A DNA stretch of 64,000 bases from a virus: positions 32,001 through 96,000 of the IMG/VR virus record IMGVR_UViG_3300027763_000037; one strand, 5' to 3'. The stretch's first letter is position 1; the number at the start of each line of letters is the position of its first letter. This document shows positions 47,564 through 57,081 of the stretch, piece after piece. The notes below the pieces were generated by a model. It saw nothing but the letters and a program-made list of their open reading frames with translations. It had not been told where the DNA came from and did no database searches. The position numbers were made by a program, and so were the translations under genes.

Positions 47564-49593
47564 TATTTCACCTTAATTTCGCAATAGTCTGTTGTGCAAT
47601 ATGCTTCACCTTGAGCCTCAAGATTATCTACACCGTCGTAAATTGCTCCAAAGTCAATGTGCTTCAATTTGCCAATATAACCATTATACTCCTCTTCGGT
47701 AATCTGAGTATAGGGTTGTTGTGGATATGTATGGTTTCCCATTGGAAGGAACGAGACTGCCTTTAGTTGTCCCTCATACATATTAAGCGCTGGGGCAACA
47801 TGCTTAGATTCTGTTTCTTTATCAAATGAAAGTGTTACAGAAACTCCATTATCTGACCAGTATTTTTGAGCAGTTGCAGCAAGTGCAATCTTTTCAAATA
47901 ATGTTACATCTTTTTCAGAACGTTTTTGTCCTGATTTGATTGGGAAATAAACTACTGATGTATTTGCTGATACTACGTCATCTTCAATTGTGTACCCTGC
48001 TGCTTTGAACAAATGAATCATTGGATCTGTGTTTCCAAAACGAACGGCACGAAGGAAGAACTCTCCTCCAGGACCCCAGTGAACTCCAGGAGTTGCACCA
48101 GAAAGAATTGAAACTGATCCTGATGGCTTAACTGTTGTTACACGAATTGATTCACGAACACACAGCCATTCTGAATATTGGTGATCATAATGACGAATCT
48201 TGTTGTATCCTTCGTCCATCCATTCACGAACTGTTGGCAAACCTTTTTGATCTGCAAATGATGCAATACCAGTAAGAGATGTCCCAATACGACGATTACG
48301 TTGCATGATACCGTTTGTTTGTGGCCAGTGTGTTGGAAGAAGAGTAACAGTTTTACCATACAGGTAAGCAAACTTTAATGTCTTGAGGAAGTCCTCCTTA
48401 GATTCATGACGATTTAAGTGCACTTCTACAAGCGTACATAATTCGTATGACTCCAATGGCTGCTCCGCACAAGGATTAAAGCCCATAACTCGATAGTCTT
48501 TTCCATCTGCTGGATCTGCAAGACGACCATAGTTACGAGCAACATCAAGCCAAATAAAACCTGGCTCTCCGTTATTAACAATTAGATCAGTATACTTTTC
48601 GTATTCCATTCCAACTGTTGCAGAAATTGAATTGTTTGACATCCATGCCCATCCTGGATTTTCTGGGTCAAAAGAGTTCCGCTCTGGAAATACTTCTGAG
48701 TTCTTAAGATTAATAAAATCTTCGTCTCCTGCTGCGCCTAAAGCAAGTGTTGCTGAACGACGAACATTTCCTGATACTACGCAGGTACCAATAAGATTAA
48801 TGATATCTGTAATAGCACGAGAATCTAAGGTTTCTCCTACTCTACCGCCAATTACACGGTCTATCTGTGTATGTAGTTGAATAAGTGGTGCTGGACCGCT
48901 GGCGACCCCTCCAAAGCCTTTAATTGGTGCTCCTAGAGGTCTGATAAGGTCGTAGTTAAACTTCTGAATAGACTGATTTGGTCTTAGGTAAGAGTTAAGA
49001 AGAATTCTTACTGACTCAACCCATCCTTCACGAGTGTCTGGAATTTCGAACACCTGTTCTGGCTCTGTTGGAGCAGAGATTAAGAAATTCTTTTCCTGTC
49101 CCACAGTGTCAAACCCTACACCGATTCCAAGCATAAGAGCATCCATAACCCAAGCAAATAGGGCTCCTGGATCATTTTTATCAAGGTCTTTTGTAGATAC
49201 CATTGCACAATTTTGAAGTGCTGCTGAGTTCTTCTTCTCCATTGTCATATGAGTTCCAAAAGTCCACATACCTCTTCCTGGTGGCGTCCACTTTAATTCA
49301 AACATTCTCTGGAAGGCTTCTTGAGCAGACTTCTGAGCCTTGTAATCATTCCATGGAAGACGGTTTTCTTTAGCATGATTCTTTTGTACTGAATACATGC
49401 CCTCGATTACACGACGACAAACATCATGCCATCTTTCCTTAGTTCCATCTTCCTTCATGCGAGAATATGTACGAATAAAAGTAATCTCTCCAAGTGAATT
49501 TTCTGCTGCATCCTTAAACCCAAATGGGCTTTCTTGGCTCTTGTACTTTTCTACGAAGTCTTCTGGAAGTTTAAAACTAAAAAAATCTGACAT
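47563..49593 (-). CDS. nrdJ: Class II (B12-dependent) ribonucleotide reductase
   Basis: RTYSR, PPGRG, LQNC, VVSGNVRRSA, FNPCAEQ, CTL, TTVKPSG, C-terminal CxxxxC. Confidence 0.95.
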   Translation of the reverse strand: MSDFFSFKLPEDFVEKYKSQESPFGFKDAAENSLGEITFIRTYSRMKEDGTKERWHDVCRRVIEGMYSVQKNHAKENRLPWNDYKAQKSAQEAFQRMFELKWTPPGRGMWTFGTHMTMEKKNSAALQNCAMVSTKDLDKNDPGALFAWVMDALMLGIGVGFDTVGQEKNFLISAPTEPEQVFEIPDTREGWVESVRILLNSYLRPNQSIQKFNYDLIRPLGAPIKGFGGVASGPAPLIQLHTQIDRVIGGRVGETLDSRAITDIINLIGTCVVSGNVRRSATLALGAAGDEDFINLKNSEVFPERNSFDPENPGWAWMSNNSISATVGMEYEKYTDLIVNNGEPGFIWLDVARNYGRLADPADGKDYRVMGFNPCAEQPLESYELCTLVEVHLNRHESKEDFLKTLKFAYLYGKTVTLLPTHWPQTNGIMQRNRRIGTSLTGIASFADQKGLPTVREWMDEGYNKIRHYDHQYSEWLCVRESIRVTTVKPSGSVSILSGATPGVHWGPGGEFFLRAVRFGNTDPMIHLFKAAGYTIEDDVVSANTSVVYFPIKSGQKRSEKDVTLFEKIALAATAQKYWSDNGVSVTLSFDKETESKHVAPALNMYEGQLKAVSFLPMGNHTYPQQPYTQITEEEYNGYIGKLKHIDFGAIYDGVDNLEAQGEAYCTTDYCEIKVK

Positions 49594-49628
49594 AATATGT
49601 ATCGTCCTTTCAAAAACGGAATAGCCTA

Positions 49629-49637
49629 AGTATAGCA
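49629..49637 (-). promoter_or_regulatory. Extended -10 for nrdJ
   Basis: TGCTATACT about 35 nt upstream of start. Confidence 0.65.
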
Positions 49638-49682
49638 GAGTTTTTAAAAAAGTAAAACTCTACCTTAATCTATAGTTTAGAG

Positions 49683-49832
49683 TTAAGAGAAACTCATACC
49701 TCTATCATGAGAAATAGGAAAACATCTTTCACAATAAGATCTTGATGCACTTGTAACTGGACAAGACTTAGTAACAACCTTGTGACCAAAAACAAAACAC
49801 AAAATCTTTTTAGATATTAAAGTTCTACCCAT
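49683..49832 (-). CDS. Small Cys/His protein (DUF1660-like, 49 aa)
   Basis: Manual ORF MGRTLISKKILCFVFGHK...CP...YCERC. Confidence 0.5.
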   Translation of the reverse strand: MGRTLISKKILCFVFGHKVVTKSCPVTSASRSYCERCFPISHDRGMSFS

Positions 49833-50479
49833 AGTGAATCTACGCCAAGACCTCTTGGACAAATATCATATGCAATAGTAATTCTGCTCTTTTCACTCCA
49901 CCATAAATCTCTTGTATGAGGGTGACCAGTTTCTGAAACAATTGCTCTATTGTTAATATTAACATTGTCAAAATCTTTAACTCTATCAATTTGATAAAAA
50001 GTTACAGAAGGCTCTGCATTTACACAATAATAACCATGAAATACTGGAGCGCCTTGACCTCCCATATGGTCGTGCAAGTTCATTTTTACAGAAGATTCAT
50101 CTGGATTAGCAGCAAGCCATTGCTCTCTTGTTCCAGGTAGCATCTTCTTGTCTAAGTTATACCAGCCTTTAATTGCATATTCTTGCTCATTAAAATCAAT
50201 ACCATAATAAGCAGATGCTTCAAAAACTAAGTCTCTCAGGGTGTCTTTTAGTTTATCTAATCCTGGGTGACTATATGTGTTTTTGTCAAATATGTTATAG
50301 TGATGAGCCAGTTGTGTCGAAGGCCCATGATCTTCATTTACTCCAATTAGTTCTTCTTTTGGAATAAAATCTCTTTGTCCTGCAACCATCTTTTTTTGAT
50401 CATCAACAAGGTAATCAAATAAAGAGTCTAAATCATTATCAATAATCTTATCAAAAAACTTATGTGGTGGTTTAGACAT
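49817..50479 (-). CDS. 2OG-Fe(II) oxygenase-like (HxH type)
   Basis: GWYN, LHDH, FHGYYCV, GHPH, RITIAYD; start uncertain. Confidence 0.75.
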   Translation of the reverse strand: MSKPPHKFFDKIIDNDLDSLFDYLVDDQKKMVAGQRDFIPKEELIGVNEDHGPSTQLAHHYNIFDKNTYSHPGLDKLKDTLRDLVFEASAYYGIDFNEQEYAIKGWYNLDKKMLPGTREQWLAANPDESSVKMNLHDHMGGQGAPVFHGYYCVNAEPSVTFYQIDRVKDFDNVNINNRAIVSETGHPHTRDLWWSEKSRITIAYDICPRGLGVDSLWVEL

Positions 50480-50484
50480 CGCTA

Positions 50485-51147
50485 TCATGATAATGGGATC
50501 CAATGCTGTTCTTGACCCATGCCGTGAGTAATTAGGTCTCTTAATGGAATAACATCGTATGCAACAGTAATTCTTGGACCTTCCCAGTCCCAGTCAGCCA
50601 TGGCGTGTGGATGTCCCATTTCAGAAAGAATTGCTCTATTATCAATATTAACATTCTCAACATTTTTATTGAATACACGATAATGTGTTGTTGATGGAGC
50701 AGCCTTTACACAATAGTATCCATGGAAGTTTGGGGCGCCTTCTGGACCATGATCATGCCAATCTAGTTTGCCTTTGCCTTTATTGGTAATGTTAAACCAT
50801 CCCTGAAGCATATATTGGTTTGCATTAAAATCAACACCATAATAGTCACATGCTTCTTTTGTCATATCTCCAATTGCCTTGTATAGGCTATAAAGTTCTT
50901 TACTGTGAAATTGGAAAACATTATATTGTCTCCACTTCATTGTTGAAACACTGTTTGACTGCTTCCATATTTCATTTTCTCCAACTGGAGTTACGCCAAT
51001 AATTTCTGCGTTTTGAATTTTAGTATATCGATCTTGAAGATCTGCTGACAACTTGTTTAAATCATTACCAAGAAATCTCTCAAAAAACCTATGAGGTTGT
51101 GGAGACCTGCTTGTACTTTCCACCATCGGTGGGTAGTTTGAATTCAT
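50485..51147 (-). CDS. 2OG-Fe(II) oxygenase-like (HxH type)
   Basis: YNVFQF, GWFN, WHDH, FHGYYCV, GHPH, RITVAYD; paralog of adjacent gene. Confidence 0.78.
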   Translation of the reverse strand: MNSNYPPMVESTSRSPQPHRFFERFLGNDLNKLSADLQDRYTKIQNAEIIGVTPVGENEIWKQSNSVSTMKWRQYNVFQFHSKELYSLYKAIGDMTKEACDYYGVDFNANQYMLQGWFNITNKGKGKLDWHDHGPEGAPNFHGYYCVKAAPSTTHYRVFNKNVENVNIDNRAILSEMGHPHAMADWDWEGPRITVAYDVIPLRDLITHGMGQEQHWIPLS

Positions 51148-51175
51148 ATTTTTCCCCTATTCAACTAGTAAATAA

Positions 51176-51184
51176 AGTATATCA
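51176..51184 (-). promoter_or_regulatory. Extended -10 for oxygenase pair
   Basis: TGATATACT in the intergenic gap. Confidence 0.65.
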
Positions 51185-51188
51185 CATG

Positions 51189-52751
51189 CTACGCTTGTGG
51201 TGTTTGAGTCTGATCGTAGAAGTCTTTACCATCATGAGTAAGTGAATGCTCAGTGAAGAATATGTCATAAGGCTCACAGTTAATTGTGATAACATTTGTT
51301 GTTCCCTCAAGAACTTCAAGTTCAGTAATAGGTGACCACGCTGATAAAGAGTAATCCCATACCAAGTCTGTTTGAACTATATCTTTAGCCCATTCAAATG
51401 TTGATACTCCTGCTCTTTGTACAAGAATTAGGTGGTTTGGAGAGAATGCGTCTCCATTTAGTCTAACTGTTGAGTCTACAGGGTGTGTGCTTATTCTATT
51501 AATTGTTGTTACAACATTTTCTGCTGTAGTTAAGTCTGCTGATGCTGACCAATCATAGATTGTTGCTGACTCTGTATTTTCAAGTCCTGGAAGAGACAAT
51601 GACTTTAATTCATCGCCAACATTAAGATCTTGAGCCTCTTTAAGGCTTCCATCAGACATTCTAACCTTAGTCTTAGGTCCAAGAGAGTAGTATCCTGACC
51701 ATGGTGAGAATCCGAATACACCGAATGGTGAGAATCCGAATACACCGAATGGTGAGAATCCGAATACACCGAATGGTGAGAATCCAAACACTGAGAATGG
51801 TGAGAATGGTGAGAATCCGAATACACTGAATGGTGAGAATCCAAACACGTAGAAAGGAGTAAATGAAAACACTGAAAATGGTGTTACAGGTGCAAACGAA
51901 AATACGCTAAATGGAATAAATGAGAACACTCCGAATGGGGCAAACGAGAACACTCCAAATGGAGTAAACGAGAATATAGGTGTGAATGAAAACACTCCGA
52001 ATGGTGTAAACGAGAATACGCCAAATGGTGCAAATGAGAACACTCCAAACGGTGCAAATGAGAACACTGGTGTAAACGAGAATACTCCAAATGGAGCAAA
52101 CGAGAATACACCAAACGGTGTAAATGAGAATGTTGTTACGGATGCAGAGGCACTAGATAGTTCTGACCATCCCTTTGAGTTATAGGCACGAACACGATAT
52201 GTCTGTGATGTTCCTGCTTCTTGGTTTACATTTATAGATGTTCCAGAAGTATAAACTGTCTTTCCATCTGATGATGTAATTTCATAGTTTGTTATTGCTG
52301 CTCCGCCATTATCTGCAGGTGCTTGCCAAGATACGCTATCGTAGCCTGCTCCAGTTGGTGAAGAGGCTGTAACTGATGTTGGTGCATCAGGAACTGTAAT
52401 AGATGCTACTGATCCAGCATTATATTCGCTTGAATCTCCATATGATGTGTTAACTGCTTTAATTGTCCATGTGTAGTTTGCTCCGCCACGAAGACCTGTG
52501 GCTACGTAAGGTGAAGAAGTTACACCAGGGAAAGTCTTATTTCCATAATTTGGGTTATATGCTGTAAGGGTATAGGATGTTGGTGCTGCTCCGTATGTTG
52601 GGGCTGTAAATGTAATTGTAAACTGTCCACTTAAGTATGTAAAACCAGAGTTAACTACAGAAACAATCGTTGGTTCTGTTGGGCTAATCGCCTGATATCT
52701 TGGAACAGTCTTTGACTGCTTTCCTGCTTTACCACCTTTACGAATTGGCAT
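51189..52751 (-). CDS. Protein with 2 FN3 domains, FxVFxFxP repeats and C-terminal Hint domain
   Basis: FN3 motifs (WQAPADNGGAAITNY, YRVRAYNSKGWS), 143-aa repeat tract, Hint blocks SLGPKTKVRMSDG / SPNH / IFFTEHSLTHD. Confidence 0.85.
   Translation of the reverse strand: MPIRKGGKAGKQSKTVPRYQAISPTEPTIVSVVNSGFTYLSGQFTITFTAPTYGAAPTSYTLTAYNPNYGNKTFPGVTSSPYVATGLRGGANYTWTIKAVNTSYGDSSEYNAGSVASITVPDAPTSVTASSPTGAGYDSVSWQAPADNGGAAITNYEITSSDGKTVYTSGTSINVNQEAGTSQTYRVRAYNSKGWSELSSASASVTTFSFTPFGVFSFAPFGVFSFTPVFSFAPFGVFSFAPFGVFSFTPFGVFSFTPIFSFTPFGVFSFAPFGVFSFIPFSVFSFAPVTPFSVFSFTPFYVFGFSPFSVFGFSPFSPFSVFGFSPFGVFGFSPFGVFGFSPFGVFGFSPWSGYYSLGPKTKVRMSDGSLKEAQDLNVGDELKSLSLPGLENTESATIYDWSASADLTTAENVVTTINRISTHPVDSTVRLNGDAFSPNHLILVQRAGVSTFEWAKDIVQTDLVWDYSLSAWSPITELEVLEGTTNVITINCEPYDIFFTEHSLTHDGKDFYDQTQTPQA
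51702..52130 (-). repeat. Coding tandem repeat, 24-bp unit (FxVFxFxP)
   Basis: 20 Pro-terminated units, 15 of them octamers; the last three are identical at DNA level. Confidence 0.95.
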
Positions 52752-52781
52752 TTTATTCCCCTTTTCTTATTTGTATTTTAA

Positions 52782-54731
52782 TTATGCTGTTAGATCGCCT
52801 GAAAGGATCCAGATATTGGTATCACGCTTTGTTAGCGTTCCACCTGAGTACTGAGCACGAAGTTTTAGTCCTGGAGTATAATAAATTGTTACTCCTGATG
52901 CTGCAGCAATTGTTGTTTGTCCAGTTCCCTTTTGGAAAACGTCAACAGATGTTCCTATTGGAAATGCTACTGTAGCATTAGTTGGAACAGTTATAGTTGT
53001 TGCGCTTGAAGAGTTTGTTTCAACCATATTTGTTGCATCAGATAGAGCAAGTGTATAACTTGTTGTCTGTGTATTAAATGATGACAGTGTTGCTGAATCA
53101 AGTTCAGTTTTACTTGCCTTAAGAGCAAGAGCATTTGTCATTGTAGTTGAGAAGTTTGCATCGCTACCCAGTGCTGTTGCCAACTCATTTAATGTATTAA
53201 GAGTTCCAGGTGCTGAAGCAACTAACGCTGCAATTGCTGAGTCAGCATATGCTGTTGTTGCTATCTGAGTATTATTTGTTCCTGCTGTTGCTGTAGGAGC
53301 AGTTGGTGTACCAGTAAATGCTGGTGATGCAACTGATGCCTTCAAAGCATCTGCAGTATCTACATATGTCTTAGTAGCCAAGGCTGCTGTATCAGCAATT
53401 CCGTGGATATCTGTAGTGTCTGTAGCATGTGATGACAATGCTGAATCAGAGTATGTCTTAGTAGCAAGTGCTGCTGTATCAGCAATACCATGAACGTTTG
53501 TTGTTGCTGAATTATGTGTTGTAAGTGCTGTTCCTGCTGCTGTTGCAGCATCTGCAATTGCTTCTGTTTTAGCAGTTGCTACGTTTGCTGTAGTTGCTAG
53601 AAGGGCTGTATTAGCAATTCCATGAACGTCAGTTGTGTCTGCTTGGTGAGATCCTACTGCTGAATCAGCGTATGTCTTTGTGGCAAGTGCTGAAGTATCA
53701 GCAATACCATGAACATCAGTTGTATCTGATCCGTGAGCAAGAACTGCTGCATCTGCCTTAGCCTGTGCTCCAGAAGATGTTTCAAGAACTGAAGTATCTG
53801 CAATTCCGTGAACAGAAGTTGTATCTGATGAGTGTGTTCCAAGAGCAGTAGTTGCAGCGGTATCTGCTGCTGCAATAGCCTCTGACTTTGCAGTTGCTAC
53901 ATTTGCTGTAGTTGCAAGAAGTGCTGTGTCAGCAATTCCATGAACGTTTGTTGTATCTGTTCCATGTGTTCCAATTGCTGTATCTGTATAAGATGCTGCT
54001 GTCTGTGTTGCTGCTGTCTCTGCTGCATCTGCTGCTGCATCTGCATATGCCTTTGTAGAAAGAAGGGCTGTGTCAGCAATTCCATGAACATTTGTGGTAT
54101 CTGCAGTATGGGTATTAATTGCTGTCTCTATTTCAGTTGCAACATATGTATTTCTTGCAGTTGTCATACTTGTTTCTGATGCATCAATTTCAGACTCAAC
54201 AAATGCTTTTGTTGCAAGCAATGTTGTATCTGCAATACCATGAATGTTTGTTGAGTCGTTGCTAAACTCTGTGATAGCAGTTGAAATTGCTGTAGCAACT
54301 GTTGCATTTGTAGCAAGAACAGTTGTATCTGTAATTCCATGGACATTTGTTGTATCCGCATTGTGTGTATTAACTGCACCATTAACTACGGATCCAATCA
54401 TGTCTACTGCACTGGCTAATTCTCCAAGAGTGTCGAGTGCTGCTGGGGCATTTGTTATAAGAGACCCTAGTTGTGAGATAGGAACTTGGCCTTGGCTATT
54501 AAGTGTGGCAACACCACCAGGTACAGCCATTTGTGAATCTAAAATAAAACCTGAAGTATCAAGGTCTCCAAAATCTTTAAAATACGACAGGGCAGACCAT
54601 TGGTTGGTACCGTCACCCATCTTAAACATACCTGAATCAGTTTCAAAACCAATTTCACCTGCTGCTAATACTGGGTTTGCTGCAGTCCATTGTGACGCAG
54701 TACCTCTACGCTGTTGCATTCTAGTTGCCAT
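52782..54731 (-). CDS. Tail fibre protein with Mtd-like N-terminal domain, His repeats and GDLTA C-terminal domain
   Basis: QQRRGTASQW...GEIGFETD...GDG; nine TTxVHGIADT-type repeats; SPAFTGTPTAPT and LNTLNELA fibre motifs. Confidence 0.82.
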   Translation of the reverse strand: MATRMQQRRGTASQWTAANPVLAAGEIGFETDSGMFKMGDGTNQWSALSYFKDFGDLDTSGFILDSQMAVPGGVATLNSQGQVPISQLGSLITNAPAALDTLGELASAVDMIGSVVNGAVNTHNADTTNVHGITDTTVLATNATVATAISTAITEFSNDSTNIHGIADTTLLATKAFVESEIDASETSMTTARNTYVATEIETAINTHTADTTNVHGIADTALLSTKAYADAAADAAETAATQTAASYTDTAIGTHGTDTTNVHGIADTALLATTANVATAKSEAIAAADTAATTALGTHSSDTTSVHGIADTSVLETSSGAQAKADAAVLAHGSDTTDVHGIADTSALATKTYADSAVGSHQADTTDVHGIANTALLATTANVATAKTEAIADAATAAGTALTTHNSATTNVHGIADTAALATKTYSDSALSSHATDTTDIHGIADTAALATKTYVDTADALKASVASPAFTGTPTAPTATAGTNNTQIATTAYADSAIAALVASAPGTLNTLNELATALGSDANFSTTMTNALALKASKTELDSATLSSFNTQTTSYTLALSDATNMVETNSSSATTITVPTNATVAFPIGTSVDVFQKGTGQTTIAAASGVTIYYTPGLKLRAQYSGGTLTKRDTNIWILSGDLTA

Positions 54732-54784
54732 TTATCTCTCCTTATGGGGGCTGCCCATTATTCTCTTATTATAACATCAATTTA

Positions 54785-55234
54785 TTAATTGAAATTATCT
54801 ACTGCACTACCGCCATCGAATACTACTGTCCAAGTTGTATCACTTGGTCCACCAGCATCCAAACCTACACCCAATGGGCTATTAAAAGTTCCAGCATTAT
54901 AGAACTGCGAAACAATGAAACCTGTTCCATCAATTGCAGTATCGTGAATGTGCTCTGGAAGTGTGTTTGTATCATCAATAGTTGCTTGGGTATACCAAGA
55001 ACCGTTGTAATAAAAATTAATTCTACTTGTTAAAGTGTCTAACCATTGTGTTCCATTAGTTGGTGAAGAAGGAGCAGTTGTGCCTACAGCCATTGAACGA
55101 CTATCGACATACTCCTTAGTTGCTGCATGTGAAGCAAGAGTTGGATCTCCCACTGTTACTGCATCTCCGAATGTACCGCCGTTTGATACGACTAATCCAT
55201 TCTTGACTCTGAAGTCTTTATCGACTGTTGTCAT
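54785..55234 (-). CDS. Virion structural/fibre protein
   Basis: KDFRVKNGL, HAATKEYVD, APSSP.NG.QW, DGG motifs. Confidence 0.65.
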   Translation of the reverse strand: MTTVDKDFRVKNGLVVSNGGTFGDAVTVGDPTLASHAATKEYVDSRSMAVGTTAPSSPTNGTQWLDTLTSRINFYYNGSWYTQATIDDTNTLPEHIHDTAIDGTGFIVSQFYNAGTFNSPLGVGLDAGGPSDTTWTVVFDGGSAVDNFN

Positions 55235-55269
55235 TTACTACTCCCTCTTCCAACTATTTTTATTTTTTA

Positions 55270-57063
55270 TTACGCTACTAGTGTTCCGACAACAGTCACT
55301 GTTGAGGTGTTGTTGGCAGTTGTTACTAGAAGTTGTACATCTGTTCCTGAAATACCTGCTGAAATTGTTGATGCTGAACCATTAGTTCCAACAATTCCGT
55401 ACTCAGTAATTGCAATATTGTCTGAAGTATCAAGTGTTAAAAGTACCTTTGAGATTTCAGTGTGTGTTCCGTAGGCAACCTTTACAAGGTATTCTGCTGA
55501 ACGGTAGTCAGCCTTTGCAAAAGCATGTGCTACCTGAATTCCTGCTGTTGGTGCTGACAGTGTTGCTGCAACTTGCTTAGCAACCGAGTTTAACGCAACC
55601 GCTGTAAATGAACGAGTTGTTCCATCTACTGCAGCACGAGCACGAGCATCTGTAAAGTACTTGTTTGTACCTTCTGCAAGATCAGTTGTTGTAGAATCTG
55701 CTACACCATTTTCTGCTGATATTACAAGACCGTTTTCATCACCTGTTATTGTAATGTTTGTCTTTGTAGCACCAACGATAAGTGCTGCTGCTGCAGTCTT
55801 AGCACGAGTTGTTGTAAAGTATTGAGAAGTTCCTTCTGCAACATCAGATGTTGTAAGTGCATCAGCATAAGCCTTTGCATCTACTTCAGCCTGATCTGCA
55901 TATGTCTGATAAGCAGTTGTAATTGCTGTCTCACGAGTGTCTGTGTATGCCTTTGCATCTACTTCAGCCTGATCTGCATAGTTCTGGTAAGCAGTTGTGA
56001 TTAAGCCTTCACGAGTGTCTGTGTATGCTTTAGCATCTGTCTCTGCGCCATCTGCATAACCTTGTGCTGCTGTATCAAGAGTTGAAATTTCTCCATCTAC
56101 ATAACCCTTTGTTGCTGCATGTAGATTTAATGTTGGTGCTCCTGACAATGTCAAGGCTCCAGTCATTGTATCTCCAGCCTTTGCTACTCTTCCAGCAACT
56201 GCGTTAGCAGCGTCAGTAGCATAAGATGGGTTGTTAGCAATTGCTGCAGACAACTCATTCAATGTGTCAAGTAGTGCTGGTGCTGCTCCAACAAGATCAG
56301 AAACTTCCTGATCTGTGTAAGCCTTAGAATCTACAAGTGCCTGTGCTGCTGCACCCTTTGCATCATATGTTGTTGCAAGGTTAAGACCTGTTATTGCTGT
56401 ATCTGTGTAAGTTTCTGATGTTGAAATTGCATCTGCTTCTGCTTGATCTGCGTAAGCCTGAGTTGCAAGAACATCTGCACCCCACTTAACAGAAGAACCT
56501 GCTGCTGGAGTAAGAACGATATGAGAATCAGAATTGATTGTCATTGATCCTGCGCCAGTGAAGTTAAGTGTATCTCCAATAGTCTTATTTGTTAATGTTT
56601 GTGTGTCTGATGTTCCTACTACGTTACCAGTTACACCGTGTGCAGAAGTATCAGATTCGTGATCTGCAAGATCTCCTGCTACAAGTCCTGCTTCTGTTGC
56701 TGCAGTTCCTGCTGCATCGTATGCTGCTGCTGTAGCATCAAGTGCTCTTTGGTTTGTAAAGTACTTATTTGTTGCATTTTCTGCAAGGTCTGCAGTATCG
56801 TGGTTTGAAAGGCTTGATACTGTTCCTGTTACGTTACCAGTTAAATCTGCTGTAATTGTTCCTGCAGCAAAGTTACCATTAGCATCACGCTTTACAACCT
56901 TGTTTGCTTCGTTAGCAGATGTGGCTGTTCCGCCAATAAGACTAACAATGTAGTCTTGATCTGCTTGCTTCTTTGTAAGAACGTCAAAATTGTTAACTGT
57001 CGCTGTTGTACCTTCAACAATGAGACCACTCTTAATTTTAAAATCTTTATTTACTGTTGCCAT
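55270..57063 (-). CDS. Fibre-like structural protein
   Basis: KDFKIKSGL, RDANGNFAAG, EG.NKYFTDARA, AKAYTD repeats, YRSAEY C-terminal domain. Confidence 0.72.
   Translation of the reverse strand: MATVNKDFKIKSGLIVEGTTATVNNFDVLTKKQADQDYIVSLIGGTATSANEANKVVKRDANGNFAAGTITADLTGNVTGTVSSLSNHDTADLAENATNKYFTNQRALDATAAAYDAAGTAATEAGLVAGDLADHESDTSAHGVTGNVVGTSDTQTLTNKTIGDTLNFTGAGSMTINSDSHIVLTPAAGSSVKWGADVLATQAYADQAEADAISTSETYTDTAITGLNLATTYDAKGAAAQALVDSKAYTDQEVSDLVGAAPALLDTLNELSAAIANNPSYATDAANAVAGRVAKAGDTMTGALTLSGAPTLNLHAATKGYVDGEISTLDTAAQGYADGAETDAKAYTDTREGLITTAYQNYADQAEVDAKAYTDTRETAITTAYQTYADQAEVDAKAYADALTTSDVAEGTSQYFTTTRAKTAAAALIVGATKTNITITGDENGLVISAENGVADSTTTDLAEGTNKYFTDARARAAVDGTTRSFTAVALNSVAKQVAATLSAPTAGIQVAHAFAKADYRSAEYLVKVAYGTHTEISKVLLTLDTSDNIAITEYGIVGTNGSASTISAGISGTDVQLLVTTANNTSTVTVVGTLVA
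55871..56030. repeat. 78-bp period direct repeat in fibre gene
   Basis: GCCTTTGCATCTACTTCAGCCTGATCTGCATA at 55871 and 55949; encodes YTDTRE..ITTAYQ.YADQAEVDAKA twice. Confidence 0.85.
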
Positions 57064-57081
57064 TTTTTATATCTCCTTTTA

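Noticed and set aside
49730-49750. NrdR box upstream of nrdJ (ACAATAAGATCTTGAT)
   Set aside because: Single imperfect match, inside a probable small ORF and about 100 bp from the promoter.
51231-51686. Mobile intein
   Set aside because: No homing endonuclease, no terminal Asn or +1 nucleophile, only a 14-aa tail.
51702-52130. 24-bp repeats as a CRISPR array
   Set aside because: No unique spacers; the repeats are in-frame coding units with synonymous variation.
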